A stretch of DNA of 63,534 nt, the filler included, from Octopus bimaculoides (lineage: Eukaryota): NCBI RefSeq assembly GCF_001194135.2. It is 8 parts of 8 records of this genome, joined end to end, with 100 filler letters (N's around TTAATTAATTAA, not from the genome) between each part and the next. Parts side by side here need not be neighbours in the genome. Positions count along the whole stretch, not along the records: positions 1 to 24,448 come from NC_068982.1; 7 more parts are not named here. One strand, written 5' to 3'. Under the pieces are notes generated by a model. The model did not search any database and had not been told where the DNA came from. It saw nothing but the letters and a program-made list of their open reading frames with translations. Position numbers and translations under genes: made by a program. The first letter of the stretch is position 1; each line of letters opens with the position of its first letter. Positions 1-12,400 of the stretch are shown here, one piece after another.

Positions 1-34
<34 letters not shown>

Positions 35-599
35 GATAGGAAGTAAATGCGAATGTGGAGGCGTAGGTTTGTTCCTATGTATATCTTAGTAAACTTGTAT
101 ACAAGTATTTAAGCATGCATATGTATACGTATGCCTCCACGTATCTTTGTATATGTGTGCGCATTGTAAGTATGAAAGCTTAAGCTACTTGCCAAAGCCA
201 AGAATTGTTCAATTCGTGAAGTTATTCAGGTAAATTCAATCAAACCATTCATCTTAATGGTTTTACTTTAAGTCTTCGGAGTTTAATTAAATTACATTTA
301 GGATTAGATTACATAAATGTTATCTACTTCTTATCAATAGTGGAGAAAGTATATAATGATGAGCAATAGATCATTCAATCGATTAAAATATAATGAGGAA
401 ACAATTGGAAACAAAAACGTCGTGTTGAAGTCATGAATTATACGATCACTGGTTTTAGAAATGTTCACAACACGTATTTCACTGATAAACACCACTGCTT
501 CTACTTTCTAAATGAATAACGAATTAATATCGTTGTGCTGATATTCATCCAAGAGTCTTCTTTTATAACCTGTGGTTGACTAATGTCATGTTAATGACA

Positions 600-745
600 T
601 TTAATAGACAGAACCGTGGAGAGTCTTCAAATGGACCACAGCGTGAAATAAAACGTCTCCTTCATGAAAAATCACAAAGCTCGGTCCGGGAATCGAACTC
701 ACTACCTCATGATTGTGAACCAGACGCGCTAACAACAGAGCCATA
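600..745 (-). mobile_element. tRNA-derived SINE head, partial (family C, like 34756-35083)
   Basis: Plus strand 'gtgaaataaaacgtc...cgggaatcgaactcactacctcatgattgtgaaccagacgcgctaac' resembles 34978-35070; reverse B-box GAGTTCGATTCC; runs into a gap. Confidence 0.65.
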
Positions 746-1185
746 NNNNNNNNNNNNNNNNNNNNNNNNNNNNNNNNNNNNNNNNNNNNNNNNNNNNNNN
801 NNNNNNNNNNNNNNNNNNNNNNNNNNNNNNNNNNNNNNNNNNNNNNNNNNNNNNNNNNNNNNNNNNNNNNNNNNNNNNNNNNNNNNNNNNNNNNNNNNNN
901 NNNNNNNNNNNNNNNNNNNNNNNNNNNNNNNNNNNNNNNNNNNNNNNNNNNNNNNNNNNNNNNNNNNNNNNNNNNNNNNNNNNNNNNNNNNNNNNNNNNN
1001 NNNNNNNNNNNNNNNNNNNNNNNNNNNNNNNNNNNNNNNNNNNNNNNNNNNNNNNNNNNNNNNNNNNNNNNNNNNNNNNNNNNNNNNNNNNNNNNNNNNN
1101 NNNNNNNNNNNNNNNNNNNNNNNNNNNNNNNNNNNNNNNNNNNNNNNNNNNNNNNNNNNNNNNNNNNNNNNNNNNNNNNNNNNNN

Positions 1186-1223
<38 letters not shown>

Positions 1224-2039
1224 TCGTGTCGTCGATTTTTAAGAAGCAGTAGCATCTTAATGACACACAGTGTCAGTGACTCAGCTTGATAAAGCTTTAC
1301 CCTTTACAAGCCAATAAAGGTTCCTCTAGGTGATCGTTCAACCTGCAACAAATGGTAACCTGATGTCTCTGAAATCATACACCAGCGTATTTATTAATGG
1401 GAAGACCTATTTGATAATGTAGTTCTAGATAAATAAGATAGAATGATAAAACTAAAGCACGTTTGATAATAGATCAACTCACTCAGAGCTAACGTTAGAG
1501 TTGAACAACAACTGTCCCGCTATGGCTGAATGATTTCGTGAAATGTAAAACGGAATTCATTGTTATTGCACTTCTCATGGATGCAATGAATGAACATTAA
1601 TTAGAAGCAGTAACCATTATTTACAGTTTTCAGCAGTATTCATCACATTATTTTGTTCTCGAGAGGAATTTCAAGTAATTAATAGACAGCAATGATTTCT
1701 ATCATATACATAACTCTAACTTTGACAAGGTTTTACTCGTAGCAACAGTTGCTATTTTGCCGATGGTTATTGAGTATCCTTTTTCTGTATTAATAATATA
1801 ATGCATATATTTGTATAAGGGCATCATTTAACTTTATGGCTTTGAAACATTTATCTATGAATTTTACTTCTATAAAATATGAGGTTTTGACTTAAGGAAG
1901 ATTAATGAAAATAATTTGCAAGTTGCTCAATTGCATCAATATTAAAGAGCTTTGTGTACGGAAAGATGAATCTACTAATAACAGGAGAGTTAATTTATGT
2001 TTTCTTTGAAATCTATCATTATACATGCTTGGTAGCTTC

Positions 2040-2200
2040 TTGGTCACATACGAATTGTTGTTGTTTAGCCCTTGACCAAGTCTGACTGAGTAAATCTGCA
2101 ATAAGTATTACAGTCATGACCATTCCGTCTTTTTTGTATATCAGAGACAACATCGTTCAATGTGACTTTCCTTTTCTGCAGCGGATGGTTGCTATTTGTG
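2040..2200 (-). repeat. Old interspersed repeat (family E) with (AAC)n tail
   Basis: Reverse complement 'agacggaatggtcatgactg' matches 16095 'agacgggatggtcacgactg' and the reverse of ~54397; ends in 'gggctaaacaacaacaa'. Confidence 0.5.
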
Positions 2201-3567
2201 GGACATATAGGTTTTGTTTCTACTAGATCGAGCGACTGCCTGTAGACGCTGTCGTTGCTTTGTCATGATGAGATAATTTTTTACAGTAAAGAAAAAGTTT
2301 CTCTGTTCAATTCATCAAAATATTTAGCGATATAACGCATTCAATTTATCCTTCACTCGACATTCCATGATAACTAGAGCTAACGATGTTTCAGATGTGA
2401 CAATAACAGATCTGCTGTCATTACAATTTCTCCAGTTTAAGACAGTACTACTGTATAAAATACGATAACAATCAGTTAATAAATTGTAATTCTACTGTAG
2501 ATATTGAACTTTTGATCAGAAGAGCGGAGATGAGTGTAGTATCGTAGAAATGACGTTTTTCGCTTTTTCTTTTTTTGCCTTTTTTTGTATTGTTTTTAAA
2601 ATTTTAGATATGACAGTGATAAGCTTGAATTTACCGTTTATCTCTCTTTCTATAAGATTTGTTTTCTTGTATAAGTTCTTTATATTGTTACTAAGTAAAA
2701 ACCTGTAAAAATATAGATATTAGTGGATAATGGAAGGTAAAATTGAGCGAGAAGAAAATAGGGTACATTTGGCAGTGATACAGTTACGTAGAGAAATATC
2801 TGATTCGTGGAACTGCGGAAATCAATATTCAACGCACTTGGTTGAATACTCATAAAAAGAAAGAAGACACACTTGCAGCACGAGAGCTAAGAGAATTATA
2901 CTGGCAATTCATTCTACAAAAGTTTTGTTCTAGTTTTGATCCTATAGTGCAGAAACGTGTGTCAATTGACATCAAATACCACCTCACATTTTGAACAAAG
3001 CTTGTGAATAGAATTTGGCGGACAGTACAGCGTGGATGTCCGTATTATGAAAAATAACTCTGAATGTAACCTGTTGTTTACTACTAAACAAATTTTAAAT
3101 CTTATGACACTAGATAATTAGTCACAAATTCGTTCGCATGAGCCTTTGCTACGCACAAAAAAAAAAGAGGAAAAATAGCTTCAAAGCCAAAACTTCATTA
3201 CGAAGACATGATCGAGAAGGTTTAGAAACGTTGAGAAAGGTTATAGTTCAAAGCAAAACATAAAAGACTTGTAAGGAAATCTGATGTTTAAACAAAATTA
3301 AATTCAACCTAGTCAGGTTTTGGAGCGTAGGACATGAGATCTAAGTCAATGGATATCCGATATGCACTGAAAAAAACACATACACATTCCATAAACATTG
3401 TGTGTGTGTATGTGTGTGCGTGTGTGTATGTGTGTTTGCTTGTATGCATGTGGGGGTGTCTGTTATATATATATATAGAGAGAGAGAGAGAGAAAGAAAG
3501 AAAGAGAGAGAGATACAAAAATACATTATATACATATAATAATAATAATAATAATAGTAATAATAAT

Positions 3568-4228
3568 ACTGCAATAGAGTGGATGAAACCATTGCCCATA
3601 TCACGAACGAATGCCCTAGACTTGCCCAAAACCACTACAAGATGTGGCGACACGACCAGGTAGTGAAAGTGCTAGATTGGAAACTGTGCGAAAAGTGAGG
3701 GGCTAAACAGAAGCAAGACGTGGTATGAGCACAGACCACACTGAGTGGCGAAGTCGGAGACTAGCAAGATCCTCTAGGATTTACCAACCGAAACAGATCA
3801 GGTATGAGAGCATAACAGACTGGACTAGTGGTGGTGGACAAGGTGCACCATATATGCTATATAGCTGATGCTGCATGCCGCTTTGACCCACGGATAGTCA
3901 AGAAGGAAGACGAAAAGGTAGATACATACAACCCTTTTAAGTACGAAATAACCCGGCTATGGAAAACAAAGGTGAAGACAGTGCGAATTATTGTTGGGTC
4001 TTTGGGAACAGTATCAGAAGGCATCAAGAGGAATATAAAGGAAATCAGAATAGAGTGCCCAGTAGAACTGATAGAAAGGTTTGCTTCCTTGGCACGGTCA
4101 CAATAATCAGGAAAGCATTAGATAGTTGAAAAGAACGAATAGCATGGTACAGTTAGTAAGTCCGCTACGTATGCAAGGTTCCAGGAGCTCCATCAAAACC
4201 TGTAATAAAGAGAAAATAACAACAATAA
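3568..4228 (+). mobile_element. 5'-truncated R4/Dong-like non-LTR retrotransposon 3' end (zinc knuckle remnant + restriction-like endonuclease), decayed
   Basis: From 3570 reads CNRVDETIAHITNECPRLAQNHYKMWRHDQVVK (C..H..C and RHD motifs); ORF 3828-4106 VVDKVHHICYIADAACRFD...IIVGSLGTV is the RLE tail; stops and frameshifts present; starts directly after (AAT)n. Confidence 0.85.
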
Positions 4229-5063
4229 CCCTTGCATGAAATTCATAAATATCTTAATTTATCGCTACGCGCATTTCCACAGTTCACATATATCTTAAGA
4301 TCACTGTCAATGTTTCTCGGATGCTTGTAGTGTAACCCGTTGTTTCGGTGGGCATCCGGTAGATCATCTACATGGATTCATTTCTTCAGCGATATAGCAT
4401 TAATGGATGCTTAACTGAGGTTAGTTTATCACTTTTGACGGGTAAGAACGTTGACTGTGGGTATTTCTGTGTGTATTTGGTGTGCCGGAGGGGAACGTGA
4501 TGGAAAGAGAGGAAAGAATGGTAGTTATACGGGGATGGAGGTGTATATGGTGATGTTGGACTTATTTTTGCTATTCAGTCTGCAGATGTCATGGATGGGT
4601 TGTACATTCCTTTGTTCGATCTCATTTAAGGCATGGCTATCTTCATCACATCCAGGGAGACGTAATTAATAGACACTCCAAAATTATATATATTATGTAA
4701 GTATAACAGTAAAGCATCGTTTCCGGAAGAAAAGAAAAACATTTTGAAACAGAATAACATCAACCGCCCTTAGAATATTTTAGAACAAGGAAGGAACATA
4801 AACAAATAAACAGACAACCAATATTTAGGTTGCTATATATTATATCATTGTACCACCAGAAATAATTAAAAGCCGTCCTAGCAAAGTATTATTCATCAGA
4901 CAACGAACCGAAACAGCTGATGGCTAAAGTGGCTGTACCTGCTGACCTGTTTGCTTCAGACTTCATTGAAGATAGTCATGCCTTACTTTTCCAGGATTTA
5001 GCTTGCATGAACCTTTGATCACCTCGAACTTCTGACTTATGACGCCCTCATACCACTTCCTTC

Positions 5064-5066
<3 letters not shown>

Positions 5067-5130
<64 letters not shown>
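5067..5130. repeat. (TC)n microsatellite
   Basis: Direct dinucleotide run. Confidence 0.95.
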
Positions 5131-5138
<8 letters not shown>

Positions 5139-6600
5139 CCCCTATCTATCTCCTCACCTCTCTCCTCACCTCTCTCTCTCTCTCTCCATCTATCTATCTC
5201 TTCCCCTCTCTCTCTATCTCTGTTAAGCATCTAACATTGATATAAACCATTCAATTCTATCTTTCCTCCATACTATGCAACTCCATTTACTACATTCAGT
5301 AAGATAGATTCTACACTCTGCACTATGAATGAACTTACCACATTCTCTTATATTTTTTGCTGTGTTTTTTATTTCATTTTCTAGAAAATAACAAAGCTCC
5401 GTCAATATTGTACGTTATATACATTATGTTTGAACTTATAATCTAATAAGTATGCGACTCTGACAACAATACCATGTAGAACAGATTAATATCTTTTGGA
5501 AATGTGTTGTGTCACGGATGAAAATATAATTCCTAAACTGTTCTTTATGCAACGTTGGTAAAATAATACTAGAATTACTAAATACTGCTTTGATACGACA
5601 AACGGTTTCCAATGATTTTCAGTGATGTAAGTATTAATAGTGGAGGTTAATCCAATTTTAGCATGCAGCTAATTATTTCATGAAATTGATATATGAAAGA
5701 ATCTCATATACAAACTGATACGCTTGATATATTCATACACACTGGTAATATATTCTTTCATGTCTGGCTTACAAAGATGCATTTAGTTATTGATTTTGGC
5801 GTCCTACAGATAATGTAGCCAGTCATTTTCTGATTTATATATTAGCGTGGGTATTATTATTTTTTTTCTTTGCTGTAGTGTTGAGAAGACAGTTTCATCG
5901 TTCTAAGTCTACTTTGGTATAGCAAGTGGCGGCAGGAAAACGTTTAGGGGAACTAGTGCAACAAGAGTAATTGATTAATACAATGCATAAATAATTAAAG
6001 TGTGTGGTAACTGAGAATACGAACTTAGAATATTTCAAAAATTAAATGTTACGTATTGAAATCTAATCTTTTGTGTGCGTATACACACACGCATATATAT
6101 ATANNNNNNNNNNNNNNNNNNNNNNNNNNNNNNNNNNNNNNNNNNNNNNNNNNNNNNNNNNNNNNNNNNNNNNNNNNNNNNNNNNNNNNNNNNNNNNNNN
6201 NNNNNNNNNNNNNNNNNNNNNNNNNNNNNNNNNNNNNNNNNNNNNNNNNNNNNNNNNNNNNNNNNNNNNNNNNNNNNNNNNNNNNNNNNNNNNNNNNNNN
6301 NNNNNNNNNNNNNNNNNNNNNNNNNNNNNNNNNNNNNNNNNNNNNNNNNNNNNNNNNNNNNNNNNNNNNNNNNNNNNNNNNNNNNNNNNNNNNNNNNNNN
6401 NNNNNNNNNNNNNNNNNNNNNNNNNNNNNNNNNNNNNNNNNNNNNNNNNNNNNNNNNNNNNNNNNNNNNNNNNNNNNNNNNNNNNNNNNNNNNNNNNNNN
6501 NNNNNNNNNNNNNNNNNNNNNNNNNNNNNNNNNNNNNNNNNNNNNNNNNNNNNNNNNNNNNNNNNNNNNNNNNNNNNNNNNNNNNNNNNNNNNNNNNNNN

Positions 6601-6635
<35 letters not shown>

Positions 6636-6636
6636 T

Positions 6637-6771
6637 ACGACAGGTTTCTTTCGGTTTCCGTCTAGCAAATCCACTCACAAGGCTTTGGTCGGCCCGAGGC
6701 TATGGTAGAAGACACTTGCCCAAGATGCCACGCAGTGGGGATGAACCCGGAACCATATGGTTGGTAAGCAA
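6637..6771 (-). mobile_element. tRNA-derived CORE-like SINE, 5' part (family A)
   Basis: 'ttcggtttccgtctagcaaatccactcacaaggctttggtcggcccgaggctatggtagaagacacttgcccaag...' recurs at 20055, 49940, 51884, 60636 and 62865; the reverse strand has a GGTTCATCCC B-box-like motif and a TCTTGGGCAAGTGTC CORE-like motif. Confidence 0.85.
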
Positions 6772-7739
6772 TTTTCATATTTGATCGTAAACTTATTAAA
6801 ATCTATGGAATAAATTCTGTACTTATAGTTGTTCTTCAGCTCAAGGTCATTCAAACTGAACCAAGGTATGACCAATGATGTTTCAGTCACAGCCATCTTA
6901 TCTTATACTCAGACATAGCATATCTTGGACCACATTATACAATGTGTCCTATCTTGATGAAAACTGTTGGGTTCGATTTGTGGAAGATTTGGTAGTTATT
7001 TCCATCAGGTCTAGTATCACTTAGAGATTTCTGTTGGTTCGATGGCCCTCTGTCAAACACTCTTATACAATTTTCAGAATTGTATAAGAGTGTCCTGGAT
7101 GTGATTGGATGTAAATTCTTTTAATCCAGTAGGGTAAGAAGTATTTCCTGATGCCATTTGTCACATTATATAAGATTTTTACATATGATCCTCGACATAA
7201 AGGAGTGAGGTGCCAATGTTCCATTTTCAGTAATCTTTAATTTGAAGTATGCATGAGTGTTGTAACTTCTATCCATGTATCAACCCACCATTATATTTTT
7301 CTTTCATTCATGTTTTTGAAGAATAAATATCTAAGTACAACCTGTCAAGATTCAAATCAAGTTTTCGCAGTTAACTACATATAGATATGATACTCGGAGA
7401 ATCTAAAAGTTTCCTTCTCTTATTCTACCTAGCACTGTGATCTATATTAAAAAATGAATGAGAAATGGTGACGAACTGATAATTATATTCATATAACCTC
7501 CTTCAAGTTCGAAACGAGACTACATAAATTGTAACTATCCTAGCGGAAAGTAATTTCAGTTGTTAACAGATACCAAACCAAGTTAACCGAAAAGAACAAT
7601 ATAACACTGTGTAACACGATTTTTGTCCATGGGCAGCAACTGTTATTTCTTATTTGCTTTCCCCTAGAAAGTCTGAAAAATGGCTATTTCCTAAAAATTT
7701 GATTTTGTTACATTTATTCAAACCCCAAAGAATCCTTCT

Positions 7740-7890
7740 CTACATATATCTATGTTGCTCCTCTACTACTCTTGATCGTGATCAGAGATGCACCTATTGT
7801 CAGACACTAAGGCACATGCTCAAATGGCTAAGGTCAAGAAACTGACAAGCAAATCTGTAGTACTGAGCAGAATATCTGCTATAACAATGA
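7740..7890. repeat. Interspersed repeat family F, opposite orientation to the 56560 and 59750 copies
   Basis: 'gatcagagatgcacc...gcacatgctcaaatggctaaggtcaagaaactgacaagcaaatctgtagtactgagcagaatat' is the reverse complement of ~56660-56760 and ~59850-59945. Confidence 0.7.
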
Positions 7891-9895
7891 TTCTGCTTCG
7901 ACAATTCAGCCCTGAATTTGTCTAAAATGTAATAGGTCAGTTTGTAAACATTGATGTCAAAAAAACAAAATTTGAAGGGAATTGTAGTCATTTCCTTTTA
8001 TTTCTAGTTAGAAGTAAATAGAAAATAACACTTACTGAACAATGACAAAAATAATGAACATTTTGTCATACAGTGTAATTGAGTATGAAGTAAGGATCTT
8101 TGCTAACAATAATAATAATTCACTTATGACTTAGACCGAACGTGCAAAGAACAAAGAAAAAAGCAAGTAACCCTCCTAAATCAGGAGAACAGTCAAAGGT
8201 GTTAACTTCACTATAGAATATATTTTAGCATACTGATATGAACATAGCAATGGGAGACATTTGATAGTGACTATGATGATGTCCAGTGTTTCAAATATAT
8301 AAATAAATAAAAAAACACAATACTGTTTTTTATTTACATTATGTAAAGAGAAAAAAATCAATGTTTTCCATTATTACAACATTGCTTTAAACCTGATTAG
8401 ATATTTTACCCGAAGGCACTCGAACAATGCCAGTCAGTCAGTAATATCTGCAGTTAAATTATCTGCTCTGTCTAACTACATCTTTCTTTTGTCTATTCAA
8501 TTCATTGCTTTGAGCAGGTTACTTTATTGAACTTACGACTTACATTCCAAATATACATTCTTATGACATAAACATCAATATTAATGTTGAAATTCGTGCG
8601 CTGACGACCTTTACCAAAAACGTATTATATTTGAATTACTTCGTTTATCTTTTCTTATAACCATATTTACTATGATATGAGAGACAATACGTATTTACAA
8701 CATATATGAATACGATGCGAAGAGCAAATATATTATGAAAATTTGAATGGCATTCCTGTCTTGAAGTTGTATTTCACACTAATCTCCTTACCTGACTATA
8801 TTGCTTGTTCGCTTTCAAGGCTACACTATTAATTTGAATCTCAAAATTTATTAAATGACCATAAGAATATTTAGCCAGGATTACTGCCCATGGCTAGAAC
8901 CAGTATAAGAGTTAATATGTAGGAGGCTACTTAGAGAGTAATATTTTGGCAGAAGTGACAGTGCCAAAAGATTATGGAAATAAAGCCGTTCTACTGAGTC
9001 AAAGATTCGCTGGATTATATTTTTAATATGAGAACATAGAAGAGATGATTAAAAAGTTCTGATCAGGACGAGTATTTTCCTCTCCATGTCTTATAATCGT
9101 GTTGAGTTCAAACTTTTTGGAGTAATGTACTAAATATTAATAAATATATACTAGATATTGACTGCAGTTCGACACAGTGGCTTGTAAACCTAATATCTTA
9201 TTAATGTCTTTTCAACTTACAGACGACAAAAAATTTAGCTTGGCATTCAGTCATCGGACAAATTAATACATATTTAAATATGGATACCATATTAAATAAT
9301 CATCATTACTTGCAGCAGTAAAAATTCCTATATAACTCGTGCTTATTAAAAAAGAAAAACAAAACAAAAACTCGAAAATTTTATATACTTCACAAAAGAG
9401 CTAAACTGCTATGCACAGATATCTGTCAGAAATACGATGCAATAATTGATACCGCTTAAATTTACGAACTCATCGAGCAGAAGTAAACGAGTGAACATTA
9501 GGAATATCAGCCAAGTTTCCTTCAAATCGCAATAAACATTAATGGAGGGGGAAAAGCAAAGGAATAAAACAATAGATCTACATAAATTTGTTTTTGTTTA
9601 TGTTTTCAGTGTGTAGCTGAGTATAAGTGAAGAAGGCAAGAATAAGTAGTGTAACAAGTGTATTCATAAAGATGTAGTTGTTGACAATAAAAATACACAT
9701 GTACATACATAGAAAAATTCAACATACATAGCAGAGAATGATGGAAACACTGTTTGCGGACGTGCTTTGATACATGCACACGGGTGTATGTATGACGAAA
9801 CTGTAGTCTTCTAAATATTTTATGCTGTTGTCCAAACTAATAGACAGTCTTTGCACCGACGCAAGAATACGTATACACAATAAAACATACACACT

Positions 9896-9928
9896 AACCT
9901 GGGTTCTCATTCCTAAGGTATTTTTCGA

Positions 9929-10003
<75 letters not shown>
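9896..10003 (-). repeat. Inverted partial copy of the downstream SINE body plus (TTA)n
   Basis: 'cctgggttctcattcctaaggtatttttcgatgttatt' is the reverse complement of 10141-10180, with about 2 differences. Confidence 0.9.
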
Positions 10004-10010
10004 GCCAAGG

Positions 10011-10080
10011 GGCATATGGCGTGGTGGTTAAGAGCGTGGGCTACTAACCCCAAGATTCCGAGTTCGATTCCAGGCAGTGA

Positions 10081-10128
<48 letters not shown>

Positions 10129-10308
10129 TGATGATAATAATAATAATATCGAAAAATACCTTAGGAATGAGAACCCCAGGACACCTGATGAAGGCTGGAG
10201 AGTGTATCAGGCGAAACGTTGTGTTAACAACAAGAGGACAAATATCCGTCAAATGTAAATAATGTAAATAATGTACATAATCCCTCATCTCTCAAATATA
10301 GAACTGTA
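10011..10308 (+). mobile_element. tRNA-derived SINE (family G) with internal (AAT)n and hammerhead-containing tail
   Basis: A-box TGGCGTGGTGG, B-box GAGTTCGATTCC, (AAT)n at ~10086-10147, unique body, then 3' tandem 'aatgtaaat' repeats; a near-identical head is at 24067. Confidence 0.85.
10180..10225 (+). ncRNA. Putative minimal type I hammerhead ribozyme motif (Penelope-type)
   Basis: GACAC-CTGATGA-A-GGCTG-(10 nt loop)-CAGGC-GAAA-C-GTT|GTGTT: 5-bp stem I including a G-U pair, 4/5 bp stem II, palindromic AACGTT in place of stem III, GUU cleavage triplet. Confidence 0.65.
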
Positions 10309-10919
10309 TTATACACACTAACATATAGCATTAGCCAAAAACTCTAAACCGAAATCACCAGCGGTACTTTTAGTTCTTCATCTTCCGAAGATTTCCAGCT
10401 ATGGATTAAATCACTTATTAGTTTTGAGCCATTTAATTCTATAAATGATTATGCATAAGCACATGCCAATGCACCATACAATTACATACGAACAAACTCA
10501 CACTACGCCCCCCCCCACACACACACACGCACGCACACAACCACAAACGCGCACACGTGTATAGATAGTGATGCAACTGAACACGCTCACTCTTGATATG
10601 TAAAATATGCATATACACATGTAAATATACATATAGGGATATATAGAAAGAGAAACAAAAACTGAAACTAATATGAATATATAGATATTCATATATTTAC
10701 AGAACTAATTTACATGGAGTACAAAAAATACAAAAACTAAGGGAAGAGGGCATGGCACTCCAGGCTTGACAGCTACTATGCGGGGCTCGGGATTACGTAA
10801 TAATTGTAATGTTGGCAGGTAGTGTGTGTAAGAGGTCAATGGCATGCAACCAGTAACGGTTACATATAAAATACTGTAAAGCCGACCTCTGTCTTGAGTG
10901 TGGTAATATTAGAAAAACT

Positions 10920-10968
<49 letters not shown>

Positions 10969-11329
10969 NNNNNNNNNNNNNNNNNNNNNNNNNNNNNNNN
11001 NNNNNNNNNNNNNNNNNNNNNNNNNNNNNNNNNNNNNNNNNNNNNNNNNNNNNNNNNNNNNNNNNNNNNNNNNNNNNNNNNNNNNNNNNNNNNNNNNNNT
11101 GAGTGCGCGCGCGCATGTGTGCGCGTGCGTGTGTGTGTGTGTGTGTGTGTGCGTGTGTGTGTTTGTGCTTGTCATATTTGCCTGCGAATATAACACTGTA
11201 AATTGTAAATCACTTTCGCTAGTTGCTTAACGTGCCTCGGTAGTCGCTAGTTGACATAGACACATACGCACAGTGGCACTCCAGCCTTTGAGTCAACGAA
11301 ACATCAATATGACAGCTTGAGGGAGAGAA

Positions 11330-11470
11330 AGTACTAACACCACGAGGTGTGTACTCATTTGCAGCTGAGTAAGCTGGATCAATGTCAAATAAATTGTCTT
11401 GTTGGAGAACACTACGATCCAGGAATCGAACCTAAAATTTAACGATCTTGAGTCAATCAGGCTAACGAAT
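11330..11470 (-). mobile_element. Degenerate tRNA-SINE (family C-like)
   Basis: 'ccaggaatcgaacc' reverse B-box and 'ctcatttgcagctgagt' matching 34946-34965. Confidence 0.5.
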
Positions 11471-11479
11471 ATTTCACTA

Positions 11480-11510
<31 letters not shown>

Positions 11511-11649
11511 TCACTCACTCACTCACTCACACACACACACACATGTTATGTAAAGTTTTATTCTAAGGAACTAGAATTTTACTCTGGTCTGTAACAAAGA
11601 TACAAGCTCTATTGTTTGATTGTAGATAAAAAAACAAAACAAACTTTCA

Positions 11650-12400
11650 TTGTATACTTCAGAAAAGTCTTCGAACCTTTTACTGCTCCTCTTATTGATT
11701 GGATTTAGTTGATTGATTTCTCTTTTTGAAAACTCTGTCTTATCCTGATTGTGTCTGGTGCATTTACTGCCAGATTATAAATGTGAATGCATAATCTAGA
11801 GATTTCGAAGCAGTTGTCCATCGTTATTTCCTTTGTCTTTTGTCATTCAGAGATATTCACGTCAGCAGGACAGCTGACCTCTATGACAGTACATAATCTT
11901 TCCTAACTGTCCCAACAACAATATTCAGCTTGTTATGTTTACACTTGATGGATGTTTTGATGGTAATATTCCCACAGTATTCCTTGTGTTGATGCTTATT
12001 AACAGGAGGATATTTGTATTTATTCCAAGGCAGCCTTCTTCCCGAATGCTATTGTAAAATGCTTTGGCCACAAGTCGTGTCGCGTAGAGAAGTAGTACTT
12101 TGATAAAAAAATTTTGGGGCAGCTGCTAATCACATGTCTGATGTCTTCCACGGAAATATGGCATAATCTTCATTTTCAGTTGTATCTTGAAGGTCCAAGG
12201 ACTTCCCTGTCTCTTCTGTTAATTTGATATTCCTCAGTAATATCATTTTGGGGATCGCAAAAGCATAGCATTAATAGTGCGATGGATGTAGTCAGGAATA
12301 AAAAAAAGGCTGCGCTTCATATCGATATTATTGTCTTCTTTAATTCAAGCTTTTCAAAAACATACCCAAGCATAGATTTTTCATTTATTTCTTTTTTTGT
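11650..12400 (-). mobile_element. Decayed RLE-type (R4/NeSL-like) non-LTR retrotransposon 3' region
   Basis: The reverse strand gives EDIRHVISSCPK, a frameshifted RHD, KCKHNKLNIVV and EVSCPADVNIS, i.e. knuckle plus PD-(D/E)-type nuclease motifs, with many lesions. Confidence 0.75.

Noticed and set aside
2040-2250. Minus-strand open frame as a terminal exon
   Set aside because: It overlaps a copy of the interspersed family E repeat.
10011-10085. tRNA gene (also the heads at 24067, 31658, 35010, 35297)
   Set aside because: A/B boxes are present but there is no complete acceptor stem or terminator, and each continues into a repeat body, so these are SINE heads.
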